Positions 27,800 through 39,099 of a stretch of 64,000 nucleotides of DNA are shown here, one piece after another. Under the pieces are notes generated by a model. The model made no database searches. It was not told where the DNA came from and worked only from the letters and a program-made list of their open reading frames with translations. This stretch comes from Priapulus caudatus. Lineage: Eukaryota. The position numbers and the translations under genes were made by a program. The stretch lies in contig NW_014577090.1 in assembly GCF_000485595.1 (NCBI RefSeq), positions 72,978-136,977 of the forward strand, in the 5' to 3' direction. Within the stretch, counting starts at the first letter, position 1, and each line of letters begins with the position of its first letter.

Positions 27800-28480
27800 C
27801 TGCGGCAGCGCGGAAAATACGTGTTACGATTATCGCAGTCAACGCAAGAGTGACCGTCCTGCAGCCATCGCGACGAGACTCATTCTTAATCTCGTGAATA
27901 AAGATGAGTGGCTTGACACCATGACGCTCCAAGTAACATTAATACACGTGAGAAAAATAAACGTGACGGCAACATTGGGACGTTTTTTTGAAGGAGATAA
28001 GTCTTTCGGAGATCTAGAACTGGTGATAATGGGGTACATCGACGTGAATAGTTCTGTTTGAATGATTGCTCACAAATGTTAGTTATGTTACGACCTCATT
28101 TCAATACAATAGCAGAGCAATCAATGCCGATTGTGAGTCCGAGAGGAATTCCGATGCCAGTCTCGGTGAACAAGCGAACGTGTGACACTCATTACAAGAC
28201 GCAGCATAGATTATAACCCGCTAGTGAGAATCAAACCTGTCTCAGCGGTCACCTCCATCGAAATGACGCCCGTCTATAAACGACACTCTCCGGGCATTTT
28301 GTTGAACGAACCCTCGAGCGCAAATGTGGCCGTACGCACAAGCGACCACGTCATGCGGCGCACTGTGTACATCGCGCGCGAATAAGGAACGGAGGCGTAC
28401 GCAGAACACCCCCCTCCCACCCCACCCGAGGGTTCCCCGATCACCGGACAGAGAAGACTCGCCGGCCACAAGACACTTGC

Positions 28481-28644
28481 CTCAGTCTCTGCTGCGCGTC
28501 CGATCTCGACCTCCCAGCGTGCGTCGCTCGGTCATCGCGCGGCGGCACCCAGACGCGTGGCGCCCTCTTGAATTCAAGCGTGGACGCAGTGTTGGCGCTC
28601 GCGGACTTACGACTCTTGCTCAGCAGGACCACACTGCTGCCGAC
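28481..28644 (-). CDS. FBXO42: FBXO42-like exon 7 (ends at a GC donor)
   Basis: gttag|VGSSVVLLSKSRK...QQRL resembles FBXO42 VGQCVVVFS; phase-2 donor AG|GCAAGT matches the phase of the exon 8 acceptor. Confidence 0.75.
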
Positions 28645-28842
28645 CTAACGCAGACAAATTGACCGTGAGTGTCGCAGTGACGGCCGAACAAAGTCACGGC
28701 TATCCTCGTCGTAGTCCACAACGCAGCCGTGAGACCGACGCACGCACATTTAACTCGCCACGAGATATGGGAAAATAAGGAATATACTGAAATAATGAGC
28801 GACATGAACAGTCTAGGTACGTCGCCAACAGTAAATAATAAC

Positions 28843-29654
28843 ACAAGAGTGAGAAACCCGATTCCCGCATTTCTAACCGATATTTCTCATCAAAATTTAC
28901 CATCAATAAAGAAGCAAGCGTATACGTTCCTCAGCTTATTATGACCACTAATCACTCACCTTCGTGGTACTGATATTCGTTTACATATATTTGCTAGCGT
29001 ATTGCTGTAAATTGTAATCTTGCACGAGCTGAATTCGCACAATTTACCACTAAAATGGTGCTATTGTGTGACGTGTTAAGACAAATTCTGAAGCTATAGT
29101 GGCGCCAATATTTAGCAACAGACTACTTCCAAATTATTCGTGCCCCGATAGGGGTTTAATGTACTTTATTACCTGCGCGTGCGTAATGTGATACTTACTG
29201 CAAACTACTACAGAGAATATTGTTATTATTGTATTATTACTTATGTAAGATAGTATGTCAATTTCTTGTGTTGCGATCACAATAACTCAGCACGTCTCGC
29301 GGTTCCTCACAAGATCAAACTTCGAAATTTAGATTGTCTCTCAACCCTATCGAGGCACGAATGATTTGGAAGCAGTCCGTTGCTAAATATTCGCGCCACT
29401 ATAGCTTCAGAATTTGTCTTAACACGTCACACAATAGCGCCATTTTAGCGGTAAATTGTGCGAATTCAACTCGTGCAAAAAACGATTTACAGCAATACGC
29501 TAGCAAATATATGTAAACGAATATCAGTACCACGAAGGTGAGTGATTAGTGGTCATAATAAGCTGAGGAACGTATACACTTGCTTCTTTATTGGTGGCAA
29601 ATTTTGATGAGAAATATCGGTTAGAAATGCGGGAATCGGGTGTCTCACTCTTGT
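28843..29654. mobile_element. Foldback/MITE-like element with ~310-bp inverted arms in FBXO42 intron 6
   Basis: 28843-29153 is the near-exact reverse complement of 29345-29654; ~190-bp spacer. Confidence 0.8.
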
Positions 29655-30029
29655 TATTATCTACTCTTGACGTCGTGCAATGTGCGACCGTTCACTGGAG
29701 TGAATAACGTTCCATCGTCGTTCGAATTTTGTTCCTTCGAGTACCGTACATGGCATCATTAAATCCTCTGACAAACAAACTTTTGCTCACTTAGGAAAAA
29801 GCGGTAGATCAGACCAGCATTTATATGGATCCAACAGTTACTGTTACCTAGACTGGTAGTTCAACGCACATCGGCCTATTATATGTATATATTTATATGT
29901 ATATATATATATATTTATATATTCATGAACATATGTATGCTTTGGTAGTCTAGTACTACTAGTAGTATGAATGCTAGAGAGTACACACTATTGTGTATAT
30001 GGTAGCAGTGACCGTGCATGTATGGGTAC

Positions 30030-30146
30030 CTTGCAGGCTTGGTGGCACCACATTTTTGGAGCAGCATCTTCTTGCAGTAGTACATGCATTTCCTGCCACG
30101 TCCACGGGGTGAGATTCATTCTCAGCAGCCACACGTCACTGTACAC
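30030..30146 (-). CDS. FBXO42: FBXO42-like exon 6
   Basis: VYSDVWLLRMNLTPWTWQEMHVLLQEDAAPKMWCHQACK resembles FBXO42 APELWCHPACR; AG/GT bounded, phase 0 to 0. Confidence 0.9.
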
Positions 30147-30342
30147 CTGACAAGGGACAGTGCCACACACCATCATACACGTGCAACAAAAATGCTTCTA
30201 GAAAATGGATATGTGAAGTCATGTCGACATACACCACGACACCTAACCTCGTAAATAGACACCAGTAATGCCATCTATTGACCATAATAGATAAAAGCTG
30301 ACTCTTATTTAGCTACAGCTAGATGCAATATCAATAACGTAC

Positions 30343-30496
30343 CTTGTTTGGCCCACCACACCCACCCACGATCAGCAAGTTGTCTTTGTCTAGAAGGATC
30401 TGTGACTGACCATATCTAGCCATCGGTTTGAGATGTGAAGTTTGAACCAATGACCATTCAAAACTGCCCAAGTTGAGGCTCCAGACATCATTGAAA
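30343..30496 (-). CDS. FBXO42: FBXO42-like exon 5 (Kelch)
   Basis: FNDVWSLNLGSFEWSLVQTSHLKPMARYGQSQILLDKDNLLIVGGCGGPNK; ttttcag acceptor, gtacgt donor. Confidence 0.9.
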
Positions 30497-30782
30497 CTGA
30501 AAAGTGTTCATAAAACTATTCACGAGTTTTAATACAAAAGGCAAGTGACATTAATTACAGAGATGAGCTTTCTGAAAAAGAGATTTAAAACAGTAGCTAT
30601 TGTCAACAGTTGTATACAAGATTTAAAGGGATGCTCCTGATACTTGCACACATTGGTATAACTGACATAAAATAAGCATTTCATTGCCTTATACCACAGA
30701 CACATGTATAGATGCGTATAGACATGTTCCTGTTAATACTAATATAGAATCATCCTTAATCTCGTTATGTAACGCTGCATAC

Positions 30783-30919
30783 CATTGGGCGCCCTGGCAA
30801 CCACCAAACACAATCATGCAATCACTGATGACAGTAGCAGAGTGGCCAGCCATTGGCAGTGGCCCTGATGGCGTACTAATGCATGTCCACTTGTTTGTCT
30901 CTGGACAATATACATGTAC
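30783..30919 (-). CDS. FBXO42: FBXO42-like exon 4 (Kelch)
   Basis: VHVYCPETNKWTCISTPSGPLPMAGHSATVISDCMIVFGGCQGAQ; AG/GT bounded, phase 0 to 2; absent from the ORF track. Confidence 0.9.
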
Positions 30920-31347
30920 CTACGTATAGGATGGAGAGTCATGGTTAGGGTATGGCAACAGCTTGCATACCTGCCAGAAACATACTGCTGAAAGCTTAGT
31001 GAAAATTATTGTAGTTAACAGGACAAACAGGTCAATAAATGAATTTGTTTTCGTGAATTCTACATACTCTAGTAGCTCATGGTGGTTTTGTATGCAATTT
31101 ATGTACAGAACTAAACTCTTCAAGAATCCACTAATTGAAGGTCCAGGAACAATATTTGGTTGATAACACATTTCCCACTGACGGCAAAATAGCTTTTTGG
31201 GCCACGCCCTTTTCGAGCAAAGTACTACCATCCACCGTGACTGTATCTACAGAACCGTTGTGATACGACCACTCAAAATGTGCACAATGGCCACATTATG
31301 GGGGGTCAGCAATACATTTTCATATCCAAAAGTCAATTGTTTTTAAG

Positions 31348-32664
31348 ACAAGTGCCGCAGAGCGACAGCGCTCAACTGACGTGTACTGTAGCCGGGTATT
31401 CTTCTGATAAACTCACTGGCAACCGAATGAAGTGCGCCCTCCCGCCACCGCGTTCGCGCTCAGAGCATATATCTAGGATACTACTAATACAGATCTAAAA
31501 TCTATGATAGCTATAGACTTTGCTATACCGGTAGTACAGTAATAAAGATACAGCTGTGTAACTTTAATGACTTCGCTATATTAACATGTTATCATGGATA
31601 CGAGTCGAGCGCGAGCGTAGTGGTAGTGGTGGGGGAGAATGGGGGGAGGTGGCTCTAATAGCAAAAGCAGTTGACGCGAGATGGCGCGTGCAAGTGTCAT
31701 CAATAATCAAAGATAGCATCACCCTTCGTGCGTGATAACCTCACTCCATTGAGTTGCTGAAATCCAAGTATATTCAGGCAGGCGAGAATTTCGCTCAGCT
31801 GTGAGTTAGCACATCTGCATTGCAGGTTTCCAGGCAATAATTATTATTAGAATAGTGCCAGTTCACCCCCATGCATGCGTAATGGGCTGCCCCCATGTTT
31901 TTGTCTACCCACGCGAGCATTCAGGGTTCATTACAGTGTGCTAAGTCAAGGTGCTACTCAGGGTGGTAATACAGATGCTTTAGAAAATAATATGATTTAA
32001 AGAGTGTAAACCTTGTTCAACAAACATTTGCCTTTGCAATTGAACTGTGCAACTGTAGCCTCACATCCACAATAGCAAAAACAGTTCAGTCCTTTATTAA
32101 CAGTCAACAAATCCATGTTTAACCCTCTTGAGGGTCAAAAGGTTATCCGACACTTACTCTTCGCATGTCAGCAAAAAGTACATTTTATGGTCCTTTCAAT
32201 AAAGCCATAAAAATGGTAGGTCACTGCTAAGACAAAAAAGTTTTCAATCGCTCTGTCAGACCATGTCCTCAGAAAATGTCTAAAATCTGCCCTGTACCCC
32301 ATTGACCTTTGACCTGTGACCTCCAATTTCGGCACAGTGATGGCTTTTCCTACCATGATGCTATACACCGACTATCACGAGCCTAGGTCGAGCCGTTTAG
32401 ATTTGTGCTGCAATTCTGCATTTCCTACCTATACCTTAAGTTAAGAAGGGAATGTTCCCCCTTCTTTTACACATCTTCACCTTTGACCTTTGACCCCCAG
32501 CTTCGACATCCCAACTCGTTTTCGGATTACCCCCCTACGTCCCGACTTTCGAATCCGTACGTCGAGCCGTTTAGATTTGTGCCCAACTGTTGACAGACGC
32601 ACGCACGCACGCACGCACGCTCATGCGATTCTACAAGCTGCATCTGACTATGTCAGATGAGCTA
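31348..32664 (+). mobile_element. Helentron/HINE (DINE-1-like) non-autonomous insertion within the left Academ arm
   Basis: Starts ACAAG; ends with a (GCAC)n tract and hairpin CATCTGAC-TAT-GTCAGATG-AGCTA. Comparison with the intact right arm (tttttaag|ataattgcc) shows insertion without a TSD. Family assignment is from structure only. Confidence 0.6.
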
Positions 32665-32999
32665 ATAATTGCCAAAAACCGATTTCAGCATGTTACGCAC
32701 TACAATTATCTGTAATTGTTCCTATTATTTGGATTTCTACAGCCACAAAACGTCACACATTTTATGTTCCTTTCTCTGCAAGTGCACGTTTTGGTACTCA
32801 TACATGATGTTGGGCATTTGCATGGAGGGGGCAGGTCATCGGGCCTGCATGATACTGGCAGTCCACAAGAATAGACATTATTTTTGATGTTGATCAAAAA
32901 TCATCAATCAAGCAAATGGAATGAGCACAGAGAAGTTCTTCAGAACAAATCACTATCACCATTAGGTCTGACAATCAGAAACTCCCTGCCGATCTTGAT

Positions 33000-33912
33000 A
33001 TGTTCTGGAGCTCAATGTTGAACAAAGTTCGGTTGCAGAACTATGTCTTCAAGTGGATGCTGCAGAATGTCGAGTCGGACAAGGAGATCTTCTTTGGAGG
33101 AGTATATGGGGGTGAATGCAGGAAATTGTTAGCTGGCACTGAAACACAGATCTCAGAGCTCTCAAGCAACCAAGAAGAAGCCAACGCCAGAATCATGTTC
33201 CATATTAATGATGGTGTTCAATCAGTCTTGGTTGACTCACCTGACACAGATGTCTTTGTCAATCTCATCTTCCACTTCAACAAAACCTGTCAACTACAAA
33301 AGCTGTACGTGAAGCTTGGTAACCGGAAAACAAAGAAAACTGTACGAGTCCACCTGTTGGTTGGTGTCGTGTCTCACAGCCATTCATGCTCTCAGTGGTT
33401 GCGACAGTACCAGCAAGGTGGGTCCAAAGCTGTCTGGCCTGAAAGCATCCATGGATCTCTCCCTACTGGAAGGGTTTGGTGTAGAAGAACTGTCACCACA
33501 GATAACAAGCAATGCTGAAGATTCCCTTGTGTCTAGATTAAAGAAGACAGACTGTTCCACTTTCGATGAATATTGATGGGAGCAGTACCACAACTCCAAG
33601 AAAGAACTGGACTTCAACCAACTTGTGTGCTGTTCATCAACGCTACGAGAACACATAAAGCGAGCATATCTGCAGTGTAAGAAGTGGTTGCAAGCCCCAA
33701 CTCCTGCAGTCACCAAACCAGATCCACTCCAGTATGGATATGAAGGAACGGATGTTGGAATAACACCAGTGATACTGCCAGTATCGTGCAGGCCTGATGA
33801 CCTGCCCCCTCCATGCAAATGCCCAACATCATATATGAGTACCAAAACGTGCACTTGCAGAGAAAGGAACATAAAATGTGTGACGTTTTGTGGCTGTAGT
33901 AAAGGCAAATAG
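33000..33912 (+). pseudogene. Frameshifted XPG-like nuclease + Cys8 finger (C-terminal part of an Academ protein)
   Basis: Pieces 33000-33518, 33316-33576 and 33625-33912, with a frameshift and an in-frame stop. Confidence 0.75.
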
Positions 33913-34367
33913 TGCATAAATCCAAATAACAGGAACAATTACGAATAATTGTAGTGCGTAACATGCTGAAATCGGTTTTTGGCAATTATCTTAAAAACCA
34001 TTGACTTTTGGATATGAAAATGTATTACTGACCCCCCATAATGTGGCCATTGCGCACATTTTGAGTGGTCGGGCAACCTCCTAGGTCCAACGGTTCTGTA
34101 GATACAGTCACGGTGGATGGTAGTACTTCGCTCGAAAAGGGCGTGGCCCAAAAAGCTATTTCGCCGTCAGTGGGAAATGTGTTACCAACCAAATATTGTT
34201 CCTGGACCTTCAATTAGTGGATTCTTAAAGAGTTTAGTTCTGGACATAAATTGCATACAAAACCACCATGAGCTACTAGAGTAACACTGAGCAATGCTAA
34301 TAGGTTACTGTACCCCCATTCTTAATAGCTATCTCTGTTAAAATTGTTGATAGAAAAGACAGCCTAC

Positions 34368-34492
34368 CCGTTTGTTGAATAAGCTTGATTGGTAGAATGG
34401 AAACTGGCCAGGTGGTGAGTATCCGCCAAACAGTATTAGCCTGTCATCGTGGCACACCAGCGATGCACTGGCCTTTGGACTAGGATACGTGC
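34368..34492 (-). CDS. FBXO42: FBXO42-like exon 3 (Kelch)
   Basis: tttgcag|GC..; TYPSPKASASLVCHDDRLILFGGYSPPGQFPFYQSSLFNKR; donor |gtaggc. Confidence 0.9.
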
Positions 34493-34609
34493 CTGCAAAC
34501 AAAAATCTCAAACGTTCACTAGTAGTAAAAATCAAACATCTAATGCAAAAGCAATCGCCGACAGGGAGCGATAGATGCCGCTCCGCTTTTCCATCACACA
34601 AGAACCTAC

Positions 34610-34849
34610 CCATTGCGAGAGGTCGTATCCACTCGCGGGTCACGAGGTCAAACCGCCAAAGGTCGTTGAAGGTCGTACAGTTGGACGTGCAGCCGCCGAA
34701 GACGTACATCGACTTGTTGTAGTAGCAGGAGCTGTGGGAGAATCGCTCGGCGATGCTTGGCCCAAAGCTAGGCGTCACGACAGTGCACTCAAGATGGCCG
34801 CTCCCTTGCAACGCCCTGGCCAGGCTCGTGTTGACGACTTTCGCAACAC
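34610..34849 (-). CDS. FBXO42: FBXO42-like exon 2 (Kelch)
   Basis: tttcag|GT..; ERFSHSSCYYNKSMYVFGGCTSNCTTFNDLWRFDLVTREWIRPLAMG; donor G|gtaggt. Confidence 0.92.
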
Positions 34850-35193
34850 CTGAAATACACGTGCTGACGTGCAGTAAAACGTGTACAAAAAGTGCCCCCT
34901 TATAAAAGTGTTATTATTAAAAATATTCAATAAAGGTGGTTTTACCTCTATAACCTGCTACAATATACCACGGTGTATAACTGCCACACTCGCATAAAAG
35001 AAGGAAGTGTCCTTTATGGACAGGTGTCGATTCTATACAAGTGTCCATTAATACAGGTTTGACTCTTTTCTTGATTGCCAAAGCCTATGGGTTACATCGT
35101 GACTAATATTCGTTTATACGACTATCAGATTTTGCGTTAGCGCTGTCAATTGTTAGGCAAGTTTCAACTCAACAATGCTACGGTGAATCTCAC

Positions 35194-35305
35194 CACGTGC
35201 TACCCGGTTCCATTTCTTTGACACGACGGTGCATGTAATGAGGTCCTGGTAGGGTGACAGGAATGACATGATGTACTCCAGAATCTCTTCTGGAATCACA
35301 TCCAT
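35194..35305 (-). CDS. FBXO42: FBXO42-like coding exon 1 (F-box)
   Basis: MDVIPEEILEYIMSFLSPYQDLITCTVVSKKWNRVAR resembles the FBXO42 F-box (LPEEVLEYILSFLSPYQ); donor G|gtgaga; in-frame TAA upstream. Confidence 0.88.
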
Positions 35306-35541
35306 CTTTAGCAAGCTTTTCGTTGACTCTATCCAGATAAGGAGGAATTAGGGGTCGGTCATCTCAGCATGCCATGCGAGGTATTTCCAAACCAAAAAGT
35401 TGAATGTCACCTTGTGAAGCAATGTTGGTTTAGACCTACAAAATACGAGACACCTAACACAGGTGACAAGTGTTATCACACCTATTAAAAGACACATGAC
35501 ACATGCCTATATCAGCTCTGTAAATATGCATATCATATAGA

Positions 35542-35547
35542 CAGGAG

Positions 35548-35585
<38 letters not shown>

Positions 35586-35604
35586 CTATTATTATTCACT
35601 CCTG
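35542..35604. mobile_element. Mini-palindrome with 7-bp TSD (candidate transposon excision footprint)
   Basis: ATATAGA|CAGGAGTGAATAATAATA...TATTATTATTCACTCCTG|ATATAGA. Confidence 0.7.
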
Positions 35605-36479
35605 ATATAGATGTATGTAGTAAAAAAAGAGGTATAATTTGGAGCATTATTTCAAATTCAATTCAATTGGTGAAAATTACACCTGCATATCATTGATAGT
35701 GAGCCAACATTAAAAACTCCATGTGACATTTGTTGGCTATGCAATGGGTAGTTTAACATTAACTTTTCACCTTGAGAAGGATAGCAATGAATTGCTATAT
35801 ATAGCAAATAAGATTGGATATAATAGGGCTTTACTTGTTAATATTATTATAATGTTATCAATTATTATTATTTGTGCATAGTACTGTAAGGTTGAATTGT
35901 AAATTTGAAGAAAAACTTAATAATAATTATAATACAAGTTATTGTTATATGACATTGACTAGTCATGTGATAGCTCTAACTGTCGCTCTTTGCTTTCACT
36001 CTGCTACAGGGCTCTATAAACAACAGTGCCATAATACAGCATCGAATCTGTAGAATACTGGAGGCTGAGCTGTAGCCTGTAATACAATATAAAAATATCC
36101 TAGCCGGCAATATAAACGTCCTGAATTTGGCTTGCCATTCTGAAATCAAACTCAACTTATCACAATTTGGCCAGATTGGGTCATTTATCGAATCCAAACA
36201 ACCAAAAAAACAAATATACAGCAAGTCTGCCATGCTGCCGAGATTTAGTGCCGTTTTCCATGGATGACTATGACCATGATAAAGTCATGGAGAAGACTCA
36301 AAGGGCTATATGTGGATACAGCTAGTTAGTTGATAGATTGAGGACACACTTGCAGAACTTGATTTACGTACTAAGCGCTAGTGGCACTGATTTTAACCTC
36401 ATAACCTCATAAACATTAGTCTTCAAAAGTCCTAGGGACTATAATGAAGACGGAGAGAGAAGTGGATCAAATCGATAGA

Positions 36480-37800
36480 TCAACACTGTGGATTGCAGTG
36501 AAAAAAGTTGCAATTTACCAATGATGAAGGAAGAGAATTCCAATACGGAATGACAGAAACAAAGAAGCTAAACTTAGAAGAGTCCTTAGAAGATGGCACA
36601 TGTCGAAAACAATGATCACGCTCAGATGATCGAGTGCATCGGACAGGCTTCATTAAGCAAGAGGGAATGCCAGTCATCACCTGACCATGATAATTTTATG
36701 GAAAGTTATGAGTTTAGCATGTAGAAAGCGAACACGAAGAGGAGGTCAATCAAGACGAGCCAAAACAACATCAACACTATCATGATGGTTTTTGGAAACC
36801 CATCTCGCAGCTTTATGCTGAATGGCATCCAATTTAGAGCAGTTCTAAAGTGTATAGGGGCACCAGCCTGGCGAAGCATATTCTAATATGGGCAGAACCA
36901 TAGTTTTGAAAGCCAGGAACCGAGTTTTTGAATCGGCAAAGCTGAGGTTACGCCGTAACATACCAAAGGAACGAGACGATTTCTTGCAAATATGACGTAT
37001 GATCAATGTGGGCATTCCAGTGAAGATCGCTACTAATACTAACACCCAAATATTTGTAAGTAGGGGTAAGAGATAGATATTTATGGTACAGCAAGTAAGT
37101 AAAAGTCAAGGGTGATTTGGAGCAGGTAATACGAAGAATTTTACACTTTTCAGCATTGAACGACATACCCCACGTTGTTGCCCACTTCTCAGCACGAGTA
37201 AGGACACTCTGGAGGGCTAACTGATCACCCTTATTGTAGATGCTGTGGTACAGAACTGCGTCGTCAGCAAAGAAGCGAATAGAAGTAGAAGCGTCAGTTT
37301 CGGCCAATAAATCATTTATAAAGAATAAGAACAGCAATGGACCAAGCACAGAACCTTGGGGTATACCCGATGTGACAGTGGCCACATCTGACATGCTGCC
37401 GTTAACACAGACAATTTGAGATCTAGCCTTCAAAAAGTCAGAAATCCAGTTTAACGTAGTACTAGTAGTATCCAAACCCAAGTGACCAAGTTTGAAAATT
37501 AAGAGATCATGAGGAACCCTATCAAAGGCCTTACTGAAATCTAGAAATACTGCATCAACCTGTTGAGACTTGTCAAGACTTAATGTCCAATCATGAAAAA
37601 CATTGATTAACTGGGTAACAGTAGAAAAACCAAGCTGGAAACCATGTTGATGATGGGACAGAATATCATGTCTATCGAAATGGCTCATAACAGAAGAGTA
37701 GACTATATATGCTCAAATGCCTTAGGTAGAGCAAAGAGAAGTCAAAGATATTGGGCGATAATTTGAAGCAAGGGAAGATCCACCAACTTTATAAACTGGG
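36480..37800 (-). mobile_element. 5'-truncated CR1/L2-like LINE reverse transcriptase fragment
   Basis: HQQHGFQLGFSTVTQL, FLDFSKAFDRVPH, SGIPQGSVLGPLLF, FADDAVLY; frameshifted C-terminal pieces (PILEYAS..W.PY). Confidence 0.88.
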
Positions 37801-38703
37801 TAAGTAGGCGAGGTACGGTCCGGCATATTAGATAGTAGTATTTAGTACCAGGGTACCCAGGTACTAAATACTACTATCTAATATGCCGGACCGTACCAGG
37901 CGTACCTCGCCTACTCCACTAACGAGTCTAGGGAGTCGCCTACGCCTACTCCCTAACTCTAACCGTAACCATATCAGCTAGATAGTTACCAGGGTATGTT
38001 CCGGTATACCGGACCGTACCCAGGGTACGTTCCGGCAGTACCGTACCCTGGGGGACATAGACCCTATGAGCGTTAGAAGACCATCGGCCAGACAATCGGT
38101 CGCACAACCTGGTCCGGCTAGCCTATACTATAGCACTACATGACTCAGTACTAGTCGATACAACTACAACTTAGTTACTAGGCTGAATACAGAGAGCACT
38201 CAGCACTGTCACAAGTCACTACATCAGCACATGCACATCACAAGTAGAAAATAGGGAATTCCTGATGAATCTACTCCTGATGCACATGACACATGCAACA
38301 CCTGAACAAGCAAAGTCAAAGTATTTATGCTTAATTAATGTTCTCGTACTTGTCGGTGTCCAGTGCACTGGATATAATGACAACGTAATAAGGTTTGTTG
38401 TCATTGACTGATAATTTATTGCACACTCATGTTTTTATCACTATTGTCACCTACCAACTTTAGTATAATAAAAAGGTTACTGTACGCTAAACAAGTTCTA
38501 AATAGGGGCTGACATGCTTTAACACAAGAACAGCGCAGTCATGGCGCTGCAATCATAGCCCATCACATAATATCAGGAGTAAGATAATATCAAGAGTGGA
38601 TATATAGATCTATATTATCTTACTCCTGATATTATGTGATGGGCTATGATTGCAGCGCCATGACTGCGCNNNNNNNNNNGTGCATGTATAAATGTTTGTG
38701 TGT

Positions 38704-38751
<48 letters not shown>

Positions 38752-38981
38752 GTGTGTGTGTGTATGTATGTTCGTGCGTGCGCGATCGCGCGCGTGTGCG
38801 TAAATTATTGTGGGCTTACGATCGTGCTAGTATGTGATGGCTATGGGCCAATCATCCCCCCCCCCACTCCTCGGTACGGATTTACGCCCCTGATTCGCAC
38901 ACTTCACGTGCTCATACATTACCGCCCCCCCCCCCCCAAGATAAAATCCTGGCTACGCGCCTGACCTCGGGTACATAATAT

Positions 38982-39040
38982 CAGGAGTAGATAATAGAAT
39001 ACTTTTATATTCTATAAGACTCTTCTATTATCTACTCCTG
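38982..39040. mobile_element. Mini-palindrome with 7-bp TSD
   Basis: ATAATAT|CAGGAGTAGATAATAGAA...TTCTATTATCTACTCCTG|ATAATAT. Confidence 0.7.
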
Positions 39041-39099
39041 ATAATATGTAGTACGACAACGACCCTTCGTGCGGCAGTAGACCCCTAGAAAAAAGTAGA

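Larger units (their letters stand above)
31065..34283 (+). mobile_element. Academ-type DNA transposon relic (XPG-like + Cys8 remnants) in FBXO42 intron 3
   Basis: TIRs TACTCTAGTAG...CTACTAGAGTA (~280 bp); 3-bp TSD ACA (31062-31064 and 34284-34286); broken ORF 33000-33912 with QEEANARIMFH, DSPDTDVFV, HALSGCDSTS and CKC...CTC...CVTFCGC. Confidence 0.8.

Noticed and set aside
26765..27897. Alternative long ORFs (366, 284 and 223 aa) over the last FBXO42 exon
   Set aside because: Shadow frames of a GC-rich exon; only one frame has FBXO42 motifs.
35306..35375. Upstream ATGs as an extended FBXO42 N-terminus
   Set aside because: All are closed by stops within a few codons; at most uORFs.
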